From Okeania sp. (lineage in GTDB: Bacteria > Cyanobacteriota > Cyanobacteriia > Cyanobacteriales > Microcoleaceae), in the NCBI RefSeq assembly GCF_035285525.1, contig NZ_JAYKGW010000171.1, positions 47,436 through 79,435 of the forward strand: a stretch of DNA of 32,000 nt, given 5' to 3'. Position 1 is the first letter of the stretch; every line of letters begins with the position of its first letter. A model generated the notes under the pieces. It saw only the letters and a program-made list of their open reading frames with translations. It was not told the DNA's origin and made no database searches. Made by a program: the position numbers and the translations under genes. Shown one piece after another: positions 18,053-26,352 of this stretch.

Positions 18053-18590
18053 GTTATTTAAAAGTCTGACTATTAGTAATTGATTATTGAATGTACTGAT
18101 TTTAATTTCCAATCATATTGATAACTTCCAAGTTTAGAAGTTATAAGTGAACTATCCAGGGAAAATTTAATCCATGACTAAACTAAGTTCTGGAAACTAT
18201 AGTGACTCTTTATTATAGTAAAAAAAGCTAGTATTAGGTTTGTAATATAGCAATTTTCAATAGGTTCCAATATTTTATAGTAGGGGTTTAGTATCCAAAC
18301 CTTAGCAAAATGGGATTTGGAAACTCCATCCCCACAGTTTTTTTTCACAAATTATTTTTGATACTTATACTAAGCAACTTCTGTTTTTTAATCGTGTAAC
18401 ATTTTTCTCATAAGTCAGACATATTAATAAGTTATTAAATTACTTATATTATGTACCCTTTAGTCTTTTTAGAAGTTACTCAAAATTTCAAATTTTATAT
18501 CTTAGGGAGTAGGGAGTAGTTAAAAGTATTAATAGGTTTGAGTTTTCATTTTTTCCTAACTAAGTTATTTCCCAAAAATTCTATTATTTT

Positions 18591-18748
18591 CAGGACTTAC
18601 ACGGGAGGCACTATATATGGAGTATTGCTCAGTTACGACATACGCTTTACATGTCCCGTAGCGTTTCGGCGCTTGAGCCGACATATAAAGCGGAGCTTTG
18701 CGGAACGCAAAACACACCCTACCCATAGCGTTCATGGCTTTAGTCCTG
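18591..18748. mobile_element. MITE-like element, copy 4 (158 bp)
   Basis: Left end is CAGGACTTACAC and the variant right end is CATAGCGTTCATGGCTTTAGTCCTG. TSD ATTTT at 18586-18590 and 18749-18753. Confidence 0.85.
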
Positions 18749-18936
18749 ATTTTTTTATTAGAACTTACGCAAAGAAAGGCACTGATAGATAGGTTCTTGG
18801 TGCGTTACCAAGTCCGCTTTTCATGTCCCGTAGCGTTTCGGCGCTTGAGCCGACATATAAAGCGGAGCTTTGCGGAACGCAAAACACACCCTACTGGACT
18901 TTTTCATCTTAAATGGTGCATTAGAAAATGGGAGAT

Positions 18937-18966
18937 GGGGTGATGGAGGGGGATGGGGGGATGGGG
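18937..18966 (+). other. G-quadruplex-forming motif
   Basis: GGGG-tgatgga-GGGGG-at-GGGGGG-at-GGGG gives four G-runs of at least 4 with loops of 7 nt or less. Confidence 0.6.
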
Positions 18967-19041
18967 TGACGAAAAAAGCTATTTTAGGTGAAACAATGCA
19001 CTACTACACTGACACACCTAAAACTGTGCAGAGCGATTTTT

Positions 19042-19311
19042 TCTACCTTGTCTACCTTATCTACCTTATCTACCTTGTCTACCTTATCTACCTTGTCTAC
19101 CTTATCTACCTTATCTACCTTGTCTACCTTATCTACCTTATCTACCTTATCTACCTTGTCTACCTTATCTACCTTGTCTACCTTATCTACCTTGTCTACC
19201 TTATCTACCTTGTCTACCTTATCTACCTTGTCTACCTTGTCTACCTTATCTACCTTGTCTACCTTATCTACCTTATCTACCTTATCTACCTTATCTACCT
19301 TGTCTACCTTA
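19042..19311. repeat. Tandem nonamer array, 30 perfect copies of TCTACCTTR
   Basis: Counted unit by unit. Position 9 reads G A A G A G A A G A A A G A G A G A G A G G A G A A A A G A. A degenerate tail runs to about 19335. The array is flanked by inverted repeat ACTGACACAC (19008-19017) and GTGTGTCAGT (19360-19369). Confidence 0.95.
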
Positions 19312-19401
19312 TCTACCTGTCCTCCTTGTCTACCCATAACCAAAAAGTAACGCACCATTGTGTGTCAGTCCACTATAGTGTTCATGGGTAAGTCCTATCT
19401 A

Positions 19402-20268
19402 TTACATACGCAAACTTTTTGACCAGCGTTGACGATGTATTTCATAAATGGCCATACCAGTTGCTACTGATACATTTAAACTAGGGGTACTTCCCGACAT
19501 TGGTATAGAAACTAAGACGTCACAGTTTTTTTGAATAAGAAGACTTAAACCCTCTGCTTCGCTACCAACAACTAAAACAATAGCTCCGGTAAATTTTATG
19601 GTATGGATAGGTTCCCCATCATTTGCCACAGTACCATATATCCAGAAACCCTCTTTCTTCAACTCTTCCAAAGCATTGCTAAGATTAACAACTCTAGCTA
19701 CAGGAAAATTTTCTAAGGCTCCTGCTGCAACTTTGGTCACAGTGGAAGTTATTCCCACGGCTCGTCTTTGTGGAATAATTAAACCTTGTATTCCCAGAGC
19801 TTCTGCAGTACGAATAATGGCTCCTAAATTATGAGGATCGTTGAGACCATCAGCTACCAACAATACAGGTTGCTCGGTTTTGGATTTTGCTTGAGATATT
19901 AATTCGTGAAGTTCTTTATACTGATAAGGACATACTTGAGCTGCTATACCCTGATGATTTTTTCTATGGGTAATTTGAGTTAAGCGTCGATCGTCTACTT
20001 CATCTATAATTGTACCTTTGGTTTTCGCTTCATTTAGTAATGTATGAAACCGGGGATCGTATCGCAGTGGAGGAATAATCCAAATTCGGTTTAAATATCG
20101 TTCACTCTGGAGAGCAGCTTGCACACTATGTCGTCCGTAGATTAAATCATCATTTTCGTCATTGATATTTGTGGAACTATCATTTTTGGGCTGTATATCT
20201 TTTAGTTTAATTTGTTTCTTTTTTTGCGGTTTTTCTTGAGAATTTAATTTCAAATTTTTCGTAGACAT
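19402..20268 (-). CDS. rlmB: 23S rRNA (guanosine-2'-O)-methyltransferase, SpoU/TrmH family
   Basis: [11 protein letters not shown] substrate-binding region plus SpoU motifs [23 protein letters not shown] and [22 protein letters not shown]. Confidence 0.85.
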   Translation of the reverse strand: MSTKNLKLNSQEKPQKKKQIKLKDIQPKNDSSTNINDENDDLIYGRHSVQAALQSERYLNRIWIIPPLRYDPRFHTLLNEAKTKGTIIDEVDDRRLTQITHRKNHQGIAAQVCPYQYKELHELISQAKSKTEQPVLLVADGLNDPHNLGAIIRTAEALGIQGLIIPQRRAVGITSTVTKVAAGALENFPVARVVNLSNALEELKKEGFWIYGTVANDGEPIHTIKFTGAIVLVVGSEAEGLSLLIQKNCDVLVSIPMSGSTPSLNVSVATGMAIYEIHRQRWSKSLRM

Positions 20269-20312
20269 AATCTTATAGCAAATCTAGTTTAATACCAATA
20301 ATATTTATCAAA

Positions 20313-20392
20313 TAAACATCTCCAAAAATCCCAAATATAATCAATTTTTTTTCATTATTTATGATGAAAAAAAATTATTTTCCCTGTTCCCT
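20313..20392. repeat. Copy of the GGGAAYAGGGA/TTTTTGGAGATGTCT repeat family (reverse orientation)
   Basis: aaacatctccaaaaatcccaaatataatcaatttttttt...ttttccctgttccctc. Confidence 0.55.
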
Positions 20393-20440
20393 CTTTATAT
20401 TTTACAGAAATAATAAAGTCAAATTTTTAACTGTTGAAAT

Positions 20441-20588
20441 AATTAGGGTTTGCTGATTTATCGGGAACCGTAAAAGTATTTTAGTAGCAAGGAGAAGCCA
20501 GAATCCAGACATCCTGCAATCCAGCAGGAATAGGAATTACAGAAGAAGAATTATCCCTTGATTTTCGGCTAATTAGCAAACCTTAATT
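20441..20588. repeat. 148-bp inverted-repeat element (second MITE-like type)
   Basis: The left arm AATTAGGGTTTGCTGATTTATCGG pairs with the reverse complement of the right arm, AATTAAGGTTTGCTAATTAGCCG. A related arm fragment ctgatttatcggcaaccgta lies near 29850. Confidence 0.5.
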
Positions 20589-20816
20589 ATTTTTACCTAA
20601 GAATTAATAATCAAATAATTCAGCTTTATTAGCAATCGTTAGCGGAGCTTCCCGGCGGAGGGTGAGATGGCAAGGTTTATTGATCTTATAGAGTCGCGTT
20701 TTATATTAAGTAAAGATTTTTATAAAGCATAGCTCTAAAAGGGAGAAGTAATTATCCATTATTAATCATCCATTATTCATTATTCATTAATTCCTACTCC
20801 CTTATTTTCCCGAATA

Positions 20817-21209
20817 TTAATCTAATGCTATATAACCTAATAATTGATTTAATCTTTGAGGATCGGTCAAATATAAATATCCAATTAAAGTCTCTAAACT
20901 CGTAGCTTGTTGATAAACCTCTGGGTCTAATCTTTTTGGTTTCCCAAAAGTAGCATTACGTCCTCGCTTCAGAATATCTAACTCTGCACTGGTAAGATGT
21001 GGCTTCAAATTATGTAAATGATCGGCTTGAGTTTCTGCCCTAACTTGGGCCACAACTAATTGATGATAGTAATGCGATCGCTTCGGTGGTATCAAGTAGT
21101 AATTCCGAATATACAATTCATAAACAGCATCTCCTAAATACGCCCAAGCTGAAGGCGAAATTCTTTGAATTTCTGCTGGTGTGAGGATAGGGTAGTTTAA
21201 CTCATGCAA
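20817..21209 (-). CDS. mrnC: Mini-ribonuclease III
   Basis: AWAYLGDAVYELYIR, RAETQA and RGRNA motifs. TTG start at 21209 is preceded by AAGGAG 10 nt upstream. Lies upstream of rlmB, as in other bacteria. Confidence 0.8.
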   Translation of the reverse strand: MHELNYPILTPAEIQRISPSAWAYLGDAVYELYIRNYYLIPPKRSHYYHQLVVAQVRAETQADHLHNLKPHLTSAELDILKRGRNATFGKPKRLDPEVYQQATSLETLIGYLYLTDPQRLNQLLGYIALD

Positions 21210-21497
21210 ACTAATTATTCTCCTTTTAAGGTTATCATTTCTACTTGATCAAACATTAATCTATCCCTCATTTTCTATCCGAAATATTTATCTATCATAC
21301 CAAATTACTTTAGGAATATCAGAAATAGTTTCCCACTTAAAAATGTCTGATTAAGGTTTTTAGTTAATCAAATCTAATCTTCTGGCTACAGTAAAACGGT
21401 ATAACTTATCTGATAGATGACCCCCGTCTAGAGTTTTGTTTTCTGACGGGAGATAAAATCTATCTAGATTTAGATAATTGGTTTTTGCATTGCCTGG

Positions 21498-21842
21498 TCA
21501 AGACTTTTTGAAGTTTTCGATAGCTTCATCTAGTGAAGTTCGTAAAGATAAAAACTTCTCTAAACGAACCAACTTAACTGTTTGAGTTACACGAGCATTA
21601 GAAACTATCTGCAAAGCACCTTTATATTGTTGGGTATACTTTACCAGTTGCACAAGTGCTCCTAATCCAGAGCTATCAACAAAGTCTATCTTGGACAAAT
21701 CCAAGATAATATTTTTTGGTCCTTGATCGATTTTTTTCTTCAGCGTTTTGCTAAAAGTAGCTTCTGAGAAGGCATCTAATAACCCTGTTAGGCGGAATAG
21801 CTGGTAGTTATCCTTGACGTCTTGAGTGCCTCTCAGGCTCAC
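21498..21842 (-). CDS. STAS-domain anti-sigma-factor antagonist
   Basis: LTGLLDAFSE...ILDLSKIDFVDSSGLGALVQL (SpoIIAA-like, with a conserved Ser). GTG start. Confidence 0.8.
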   Translation of the reverse strand: MSLRGTQDVKDNYQLFRLTGLLDAFSEATFSKTLKKKIDQGPKNIILDLSKIDFVDSSGLGALVQLVKYTQQYKGALQIVSNARVTQTVKLVRLEKFLSLRTSLDEAIENFKKS

Positions 21843-22056
21843 AGTCAGGGTTAATTGTTCAGGAATAACACCCTCCTCGCTTGATTCTGCATAATTTAGA
21901 ATAGATATTTTACTCCATAAAGTGAAATTTGTCTACTATATAATGACTTGTTTTTATAGACAAATGTCTAAATTGAAACAATGGAAGATTTTAACCAATA
22001 GTCAAGATTTGCAAACAAAATCAGATTTCTATTTTAAGGTTAACCGTGAGATAATA

Positions 22057-23211
22057 TCATATTTTGGCTGTAGCTTTTCGAGAATCTTCCATTGCTTGAA
22101 CAAAACGTTCAAACAAGTAATCAGCATCGTGAGGACCAGGACTTGCTTCAGGATGGTACTGGACAGAGAACAAAGGCAAAGATTTATGTCGTAAACCAGC
22201 AACAGTTCGGTCATTTAAGTTAAGGTGAGTAATTTCTACTTCAGGCACTAAAGAATCTGCCTTAATTGCAAAGCCATGATTTTGACTGGTAATCTCTACT
22301 TGCTGCTGTAAACCCGCTGGGTGATTAAGACCCCGGTGACCAAATTTTAGTTTAAAAGTTTCAGCTCCCAGAGCTAGACCAAGGACTTGATGTCCCATAC
22401 AAATGCCAAACACAGGCTTAGATGATTTTAGCAACTCTTTAGTAGTTTCAATCCCCTCTGTTACAGCAGATGGGTCTCCAGGACCATTAGACAGAAATAT
22501 ACCATCAGGGTTATGCTTCAGAATTTCTGCTGCTGGGGTATTAGCAGGAACAACTACAACTCGGCAACCATAACTAGCTAAACGTCGTAGGATATTTTTT
22601 TTCACTCCAAAATCTATGGCAACAACTGTAAAATTTTCTTCCGTATTACCAGAAACAGAAGGGTTAAACTCCCAATGTGAATTAGTTGTTTCTGACCATT
22701 CATATACTTCTTTAGTTGTGACTTTCTGAACTAAATTTAATCCAGCCATACTAGGAGCAGATTGGACTTGTTCTAACAATTCATTTGGACTAAGAATTTC
22801 TGTAGAAATTGCCCCATTCATGGCTCCGACAGTCCTAATTTTGCGAGTCAAAGCACGAGTATCTATACCATAAATTCCCGGAATTTTATGTTTTATAAGA
22901 TATTCTGATAAAGATTGAGTAGAGCGCCAGTTACTAGGACGTGGACAAATATTACGAGCGATCACCCCTTTGATGTGTGGTTGATTGGACTCTTCATCTT
23001 CCGGGTTAACTCCTGTATTTCCCAATTCTGGATAAGTAAAAGTAACAATTTGCCCACTATAACTTGGGTCGGTGAGGACTTCCTGATAACCAGTCATTCC
23101 TGTATTGAATACTACTTCTCCGATGGTAGTTCCTGGAGCGCCAAAAGATAGACCACGGTAAGCAGTTCCATCTGCTAGAACAAGTAAAGCGGGTTGACCT
23201 GAGATTGACAT
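22057..23211 (-). CDS. carA: Carbamoyl-phosphate synthase small (glutaminase) subunit
   Basis: [21 protein letters not shown], GATase triad region GICMGHQ and VQYHPE. Confidence 0.95.
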   Translation of the reverse strand: MSISGQPALLVLADGTAYRGLSFGAPGTTIGEVVFNTGMTGYQEVLTDPSYSGQIVTFTYPELGNTGVNPEDEESNQPHIKGVIARNICPRPSNWRSTQSLSEYLIKHKIPGIYGIDTRALTRKIRTVGAMNGAISTEILSPNELLEQVQSAPSMAGLNLVQKVTTKEVYEWSETTNSHWEFNPSVSGNTEENFTVVAIDFGVKKNILRRLASYGCRVVVVPANTPAAEILKHNPDGIFLSNGPGDPSAVTEGIETTKELLKSSKPVFGICMGHQVLGLALGAETFKLKFGHRGLNHPAGLQQQVEITSQNHGFAIKADSLVPEVEITHLNLNDRTVAGLRHKSLPLFSVQYHPEASPGPHDADYLFERFVQAMEDSRKATAKI

Positions 23212-23280
23212 TATTAATTCCTCTTGCAGCTTTTAATTTAAAATTTGAGTCCTTTTATTTATAGCAATTCTAATTTATTT

Positions 23281-23407
23281 TAGTAGACAGATACAGATAA
23301 AATGTTGCATGGGGTAGGGGCGGGTTTTAGCTAGAATTTTCATGCTTACTCTAAGATTTATATAAACCCGCCAATCATGCACACTCATTAGCTGTGTCTG
23401 TCTAGTA
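23281..23407. repeat. 127-nt multi-tier imperfect palindrome
   Basis: Outer arms TAGTAGACAGATACAG / CTGTGTCTGTCTAGTA match 14/16. Middle arms are TTGCATG/CATGCAC and inner arms are GGCGGGTTT (23319-27) / AAACCCGCC (23364-72). A paralogue lies at 27364-27505. Confidence 0.75.
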
Positions 23408-23420
23408 GGGATTTAGTATC

Positions 23421-23641
23421 TAAATCCTATTTCAGATTTCGTTTAGAGACCAAACCTTTACAGTTTTTTTTGAGAAATTTCTTCATCAGGACTTACGCAA
23501 AGGCTCTATATACAGAGTATAGGTGCGTTACGCTACGCTTTTCATATCGCGCAGCGAAACGCACCCTACCAATAGCTAAATCCTATTTTAGATTTCGTTT
23601 GGAGACCAAACCCTTACAGTTTTTTTTAGAAGTTTCTTCAT
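23421..23641. repeat. Two 65-66-nt direct repeats flanking a truncated MITE
   Basis: taaatcctatttcagatttcgtttagagaccaaacctttacagttttttttgagaaatttcttcat (23421-23486) recurs at 23577-23641 with a few substitutions. Confidence 0.85.
23487..23576. mobile_element. MITE-like element, copy 6, right end missing (90 bp)
   Basis: CAGGACTTACGCAAAGGCTCTATATACAGAG...GCACCCTACCAATAGC. It stops where other copies continue to GTTCATGGCTTTAGTCCT. Confidence 0.7.
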
Positions 23642-23747
23642 ATTGCTATATTATTTAGTTATCAAGACATCCAGCTAAATCTATAGTTTTGAAATACTAA
23701 ATTTTATTATTTGCATCATTCTTTACTTAGGTTATTTAGAATATAAT

Positions 23748-23842
23748 CAGGACTGACGCAAGTGCAATGTATTTTCGTCCGATACGACGGTCGGGAAGCA
23801 ATCTCAAACCCCTGTTTTTCGTACCTCATGGCTTTAGTCCTC
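23748..23842. mobile_element. MITE-like element, copy 7a (95 bp)
   Basis: CAGGACTGACGCAAGTGCAATGTATTTTCG...CCTCATGGCTTTAGTCCTC. Looks closely similar to copy 10 (27123-27215) over its full length by eye. Confidence 0.75.
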
Positions 23843-23852
23843 ATCATATTAA

Positions 23853-23971
23853 CAGGACTAAAGCCATGAGGAGCGGAATTTTCTTGGCTTGAGATTGCTA
23901 TCCTGACGGACTGCTTCGCCAACGCTCCTCGCGGGCAATGACAGAAATACGTTGCGCGTGCGTAAGTCCTA
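23853..23971. mobile_element. MITE-like element, copy 7b (119 bp)
   Basis: Variant left end CAGGACTAAAGCCATGAGG and right end GCGTGCGTAAGTCCTA. The interior ttgagattgctatcctgacggactgc is shared with copy 13. Only 10 nt separate it from copy 7a. Confidence 0.7.
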
Positions 23972-24096
23972 AGTAAATAAAAAAACTAAAATTCTCACCT
24001 ATTCCCTCCATACCTATTCCCTAAAAATTAGATAAAATTAACTTAAAGTTTAGAACTTAATCATAAACAAATAATTGATATTCTGAAAAAGTAATA

Positions 24097-24759
24097 ATGA
24101 TGGAAAATTTTTCACTCTATAATTCTACTAATAGAAGTCTATTTAAGCAAATTAAGCAAAATTTTCAACAGCAACAACAGGTTAAAACTATTTTTGGGAA
24201 AATACCATCCATATTATTAACAACATTTATTTGTACCACAGCGATCGCTCAAGAATATCCAGGATGTTTTATACTTGACCAAGCTGGCAATAGGAAAGAT
24301 TTAACCATATCAATTTGTAATCTATCTGTAGAAGAATTATCAGAACAAGTATCAACTTCAACAACTACAGTAGCAGGAATATATCAAATACCAATCAAAA
24401 GTCGTCGCGGAGGTAGTCCGGTAATTGATGTTACTTTTAATGGTAATCAAACTTATGAAATGATTTTAGATACTGGTGCAAGTTCTACTTTAATTACTCA
24501 AGAAATGGCAAAAACTCTCAAAGTTATAACTTTAGAAAAAAGAAATTTTACTTTAGCGGATGGCAAAGATGTACAATTAGGGGTTGGCAAAGTTGGTTCT
24601 ATTTCTGCGGGAGGTTTAACACTTAGCCAATTTGATGTTGCTGTTGCTCCTACAGATGCAGATCAAGAATTAGGGTTACTGGGGCAAAATTTTTTTGGCT
24701 CCTATGATATAACCATCAAGGAAAATGTAGTAGAATTGAAGGTACGTTCTGGTGGTTAG
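24097..24759 (+). CDS. Retropepsin-like (clan AA) aspartic protease with N-terminal anchor
   Basis: Catalytic ILDTGASSTLIT, a hydrophobic N-terminal segment ILLTTFICTTAIA and a poly-Q run. Confidence 0.75.
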   Translation: MMENFSLYNSTNRSLFKQIKQNFQQQQQVKTIFGKIPSILLTTFICTTAIAQEYPGCFILDQAGNRKDLTISICNLSVEELSEQVSTSTTTVAGIYQIPIKSRRGGSPVIDVTFNGNQTYEMILDTGASSTLITQEMAKTLKVITLEKRNFTLADGKDVQLGVGKVGSISAGGLTLSQFDVAVAPTDADQELGLLGQNFFGSYDITIKENVVELKVRSGG

Positions 24760-24777
24760 AAGCTAGAAATGTTTAAA

Positions 24778-24940
24778 TATTGGTAACACAACCTTCTAGG
24801 TTGTTACAGCAAACGAAGGCTGTGTTACTCTAAATATGCAGATAGCGTTCATGGGTAAGTCCTGATCTAATCGTCTATTGGTAACACAACCTTCTAGGTT
24901 GTGACAGCAAACGAAGGCTGTGTTACTCTAAATATGCAGA
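24778..24940. repeat. Two 65-nt hairpin units (24778-24842, 24876-24940) flanking a MITE end fragment
   Basis: tattggtaacacaaccttctaggttgtKacagcaaacgaaggctgtgttactctaaatatgcaga occurs twice with 1 mismatch. Each unit has a 14-bp stem GTAACACAACCTTC / GAAGGCTGTGTTAC. Confidence 0.9.
24843..24864. mobile_element. MITE right-end fragment (22 nt)
   Basis: TAGCGTTCATGGGTAAGTCCTG equals the right ends of copies 4 and 5. Confidence 0.6.
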
Positions 24941-24971
24941 AGGTTTTTTTCATTTCAAATCTAGAAATTTT

Positions 24972-26024
24972 TCAGATTCGTAAGAATTTAACTAACTGTT
25001 CTAACTTTGACCAAGCTGCCCCACTTTGGAGAATATTTTTAGCTTTACTAATACCTTCTCCATGAGCTTCTAATGGTACAACACCTGCTACCTGTAGTGC
25101 TAAAGAACTATTCAAAGCAACCACATCTGTCTGTGCAGAAGTTCCCTTACCCTGAAGGACATTCTTGAGAATTTCTGCATTTTTGGCCACATCTCCACCC
25201 TGTAAAGCACTTATTGGGGCAAGATTCAAGCCTAAATCTTGAGGGTTAACAGTTGTCATTTTTACCTTACCATTAGATAAAATAGCTATATCTGTAATAT
25301 CCCCCAAACCAGCTTCATCAAGTTTTTCTCTACCGTGGAGAACAATCCCAGATTCTAATCCTAATATTCCCAAAGCTTGAGCCACAGTTTCTACTAAGTT
25401 AGGATTGTACACCCCAATAACTTGACCTTGGGGACACAAAGGATTAACTAAAGGACCCAAAAGATTAAATACAGTTCTTACCTTCAAAGTACGACGTAGA
25501 GGAACTACAGACTTCATTGCTGGATGCCAACCTGGTGCAAATAAAAAAGTAACTCCTACCTCAGATAAAGCAGATCTTACTTTTTCTGTGGGAGCGCTCA
25601 AAGCTATTCCTAATGCTTCCAAAACATCAGCGGAACCAACTTTACCAGAAGCGGAACGGTTGCCATGTTTAGCTACTGGTACTCCGGCCGCAGCTACAAC
25701 AAAAGCAACAGCAGTAGAAATATTGAATGTAGAAGCTCCATCCCCACCAGTACCACAGGTATCAATGACTGGGTATTGGAAGTGGTTCATGTTTTGTTTA
25801 TCATCATTATGTTCTTTTGTCAATGATAAAGATTGTAATACTTTTGCCATACCAGCTAATTCTTCAGCAGAAACACCTTTAGCTTGTAAGGCGGCTAAAA
25901 TTGCTCCAGAGAGAACAGGTGGAATTTCTTCTTGTAGCCATTTTTGCATTAAATTTGAGGCTTGAGAGGAAGATAAAGATTGATTATCAAGTAATTGCTG
26001 TAATAAACTAGGCCATTCAGTCAT
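24972..26024 (-). CDS. trpD: Anthranilate phosphoribosyltransferase
   Basis: [38 protein letters not shown] and a glycine-rich C-terminal fold. 350 aa. Confidence 0.95.
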   Translation of the reverse strand: MTEWPSLLQQLLDNQSLSSSQASNLMQKWLQEEIPPVLSGAILAALQAKGVSAEELAGMAKVLQSLSLTKEHNDDKQNMNHFQYPVIDTCGTGGDGASTFNISTAVAFVVAAAGVPVAKHGNRSASGKVGSADVLEALGIALSAPTEKVRSALSEVGVTFLFAPGWHPAMKSVVPLRRTLKVRTVFNLLGPLVNPLCPQGQVIGVYNPNLVETVAQALGILGLESGIVLHGREKLDEAGLGDITDIAILSNGKVKMTTVNPQDLGLNLAPISALQGGDVAKNAEILKNVLQGKGTSAQTDVVALNSSLALQVAGVVPLEAHGEGISKAKNILQSGAAWSKLEQLVKFLRI

Positions 26025-26115
26025 ATAAGTTTAGCTTACTGGTTATCAAAGTAGTTGTTTGAAGTTAAATATTACAGAATTTAGGTGCAAGAAAAGCAAA
26101 ACATAATAATTTTAT

Positions 26116-26270
26116 TAGGACTTACCCATGGGGAAGGAAATTTAAAGGTTTGAGATTGCTTTCGGTCTGGAATGCGGAGCATTCATGTCGCGGAGCGCAA
26201 AACGCTGTGGCTTGCGCTTCCCAAAGCTGCGCTGACACAATGACAAAATTGCGTTTATGCGTAAGTCCTG
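26116..26270. mobile_element. MITE-like element, copy 9 (155 bp)
   Basis: TAGGACTTACCCATGGGG...TTATGCGTAAGTCCTG, with TSD TTTAT at 26111-26115 and 26271-26275. Confidence 0.85.
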
Positions 26271-26314
26271 TTTATAAGTTATTGCGCAGATTGTTGTTCA
26301 AACCAGAAAATTTA

Positions 26315-26345
26315 TGCAAAGAAACCCGGTTTCTGCGTAAATCCT
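26315..26345. mobile_element. Collapsed MITE remnant
   Basis: GCAAAGAAACCCGGTTTCTGCGTAAATCCTG keeps the palindrome module and right end but lacks the AGGACTTAC left end. Ends 7 nt from the stop of the 26353 gene. Confidence 0.5.
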
Positions 26346-26352
26346 GACTATT

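Larger units (their letters stand above)
18759..19397. mobile_element. Composite MITE-like element, copy 5 (639 bp) carrying a G-rich tract and a nonamer array
   Basis: The left part TAGAACTTACGCAAAG...CACACCCTAC (18823-18895 is identical to 18651-18723) and the right end TATAGTGTTCATGGGTAAGTCCTA enclose about 460 bp of extra sequence. Flanks are TTTAT and TCTAT (4/5 match). Confidence 0.6.

Noticed and set aside
18538-18943. ORFs 18538-18792 and 18698-18943, and similarly 23470-23658, 23716-23922, 26150-26347, 27178-27471 and 16258-16446.
   Set aside because: Each lies largely within MITE-like copies, and their shared peptide stretches (for example FSCPVAFRRLSRHIKRSFAERKTHPT) simply reflect repeated DNA. 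They are better explained as non-coding repeats.
18870-19391. Long ORFs across the nonamer array (18870-19391 +, 18988-19350 +, 18984-19358 -), translating as YLV/YLI, STL or KVD repeats.
   Set aside because: A 9-nt tandem repeat without stop codons is open in several frames by construction. The ORFs start inside MITE sequence, have no RBS or coding-like flanks, and overlap one another in several frames and on both strands.
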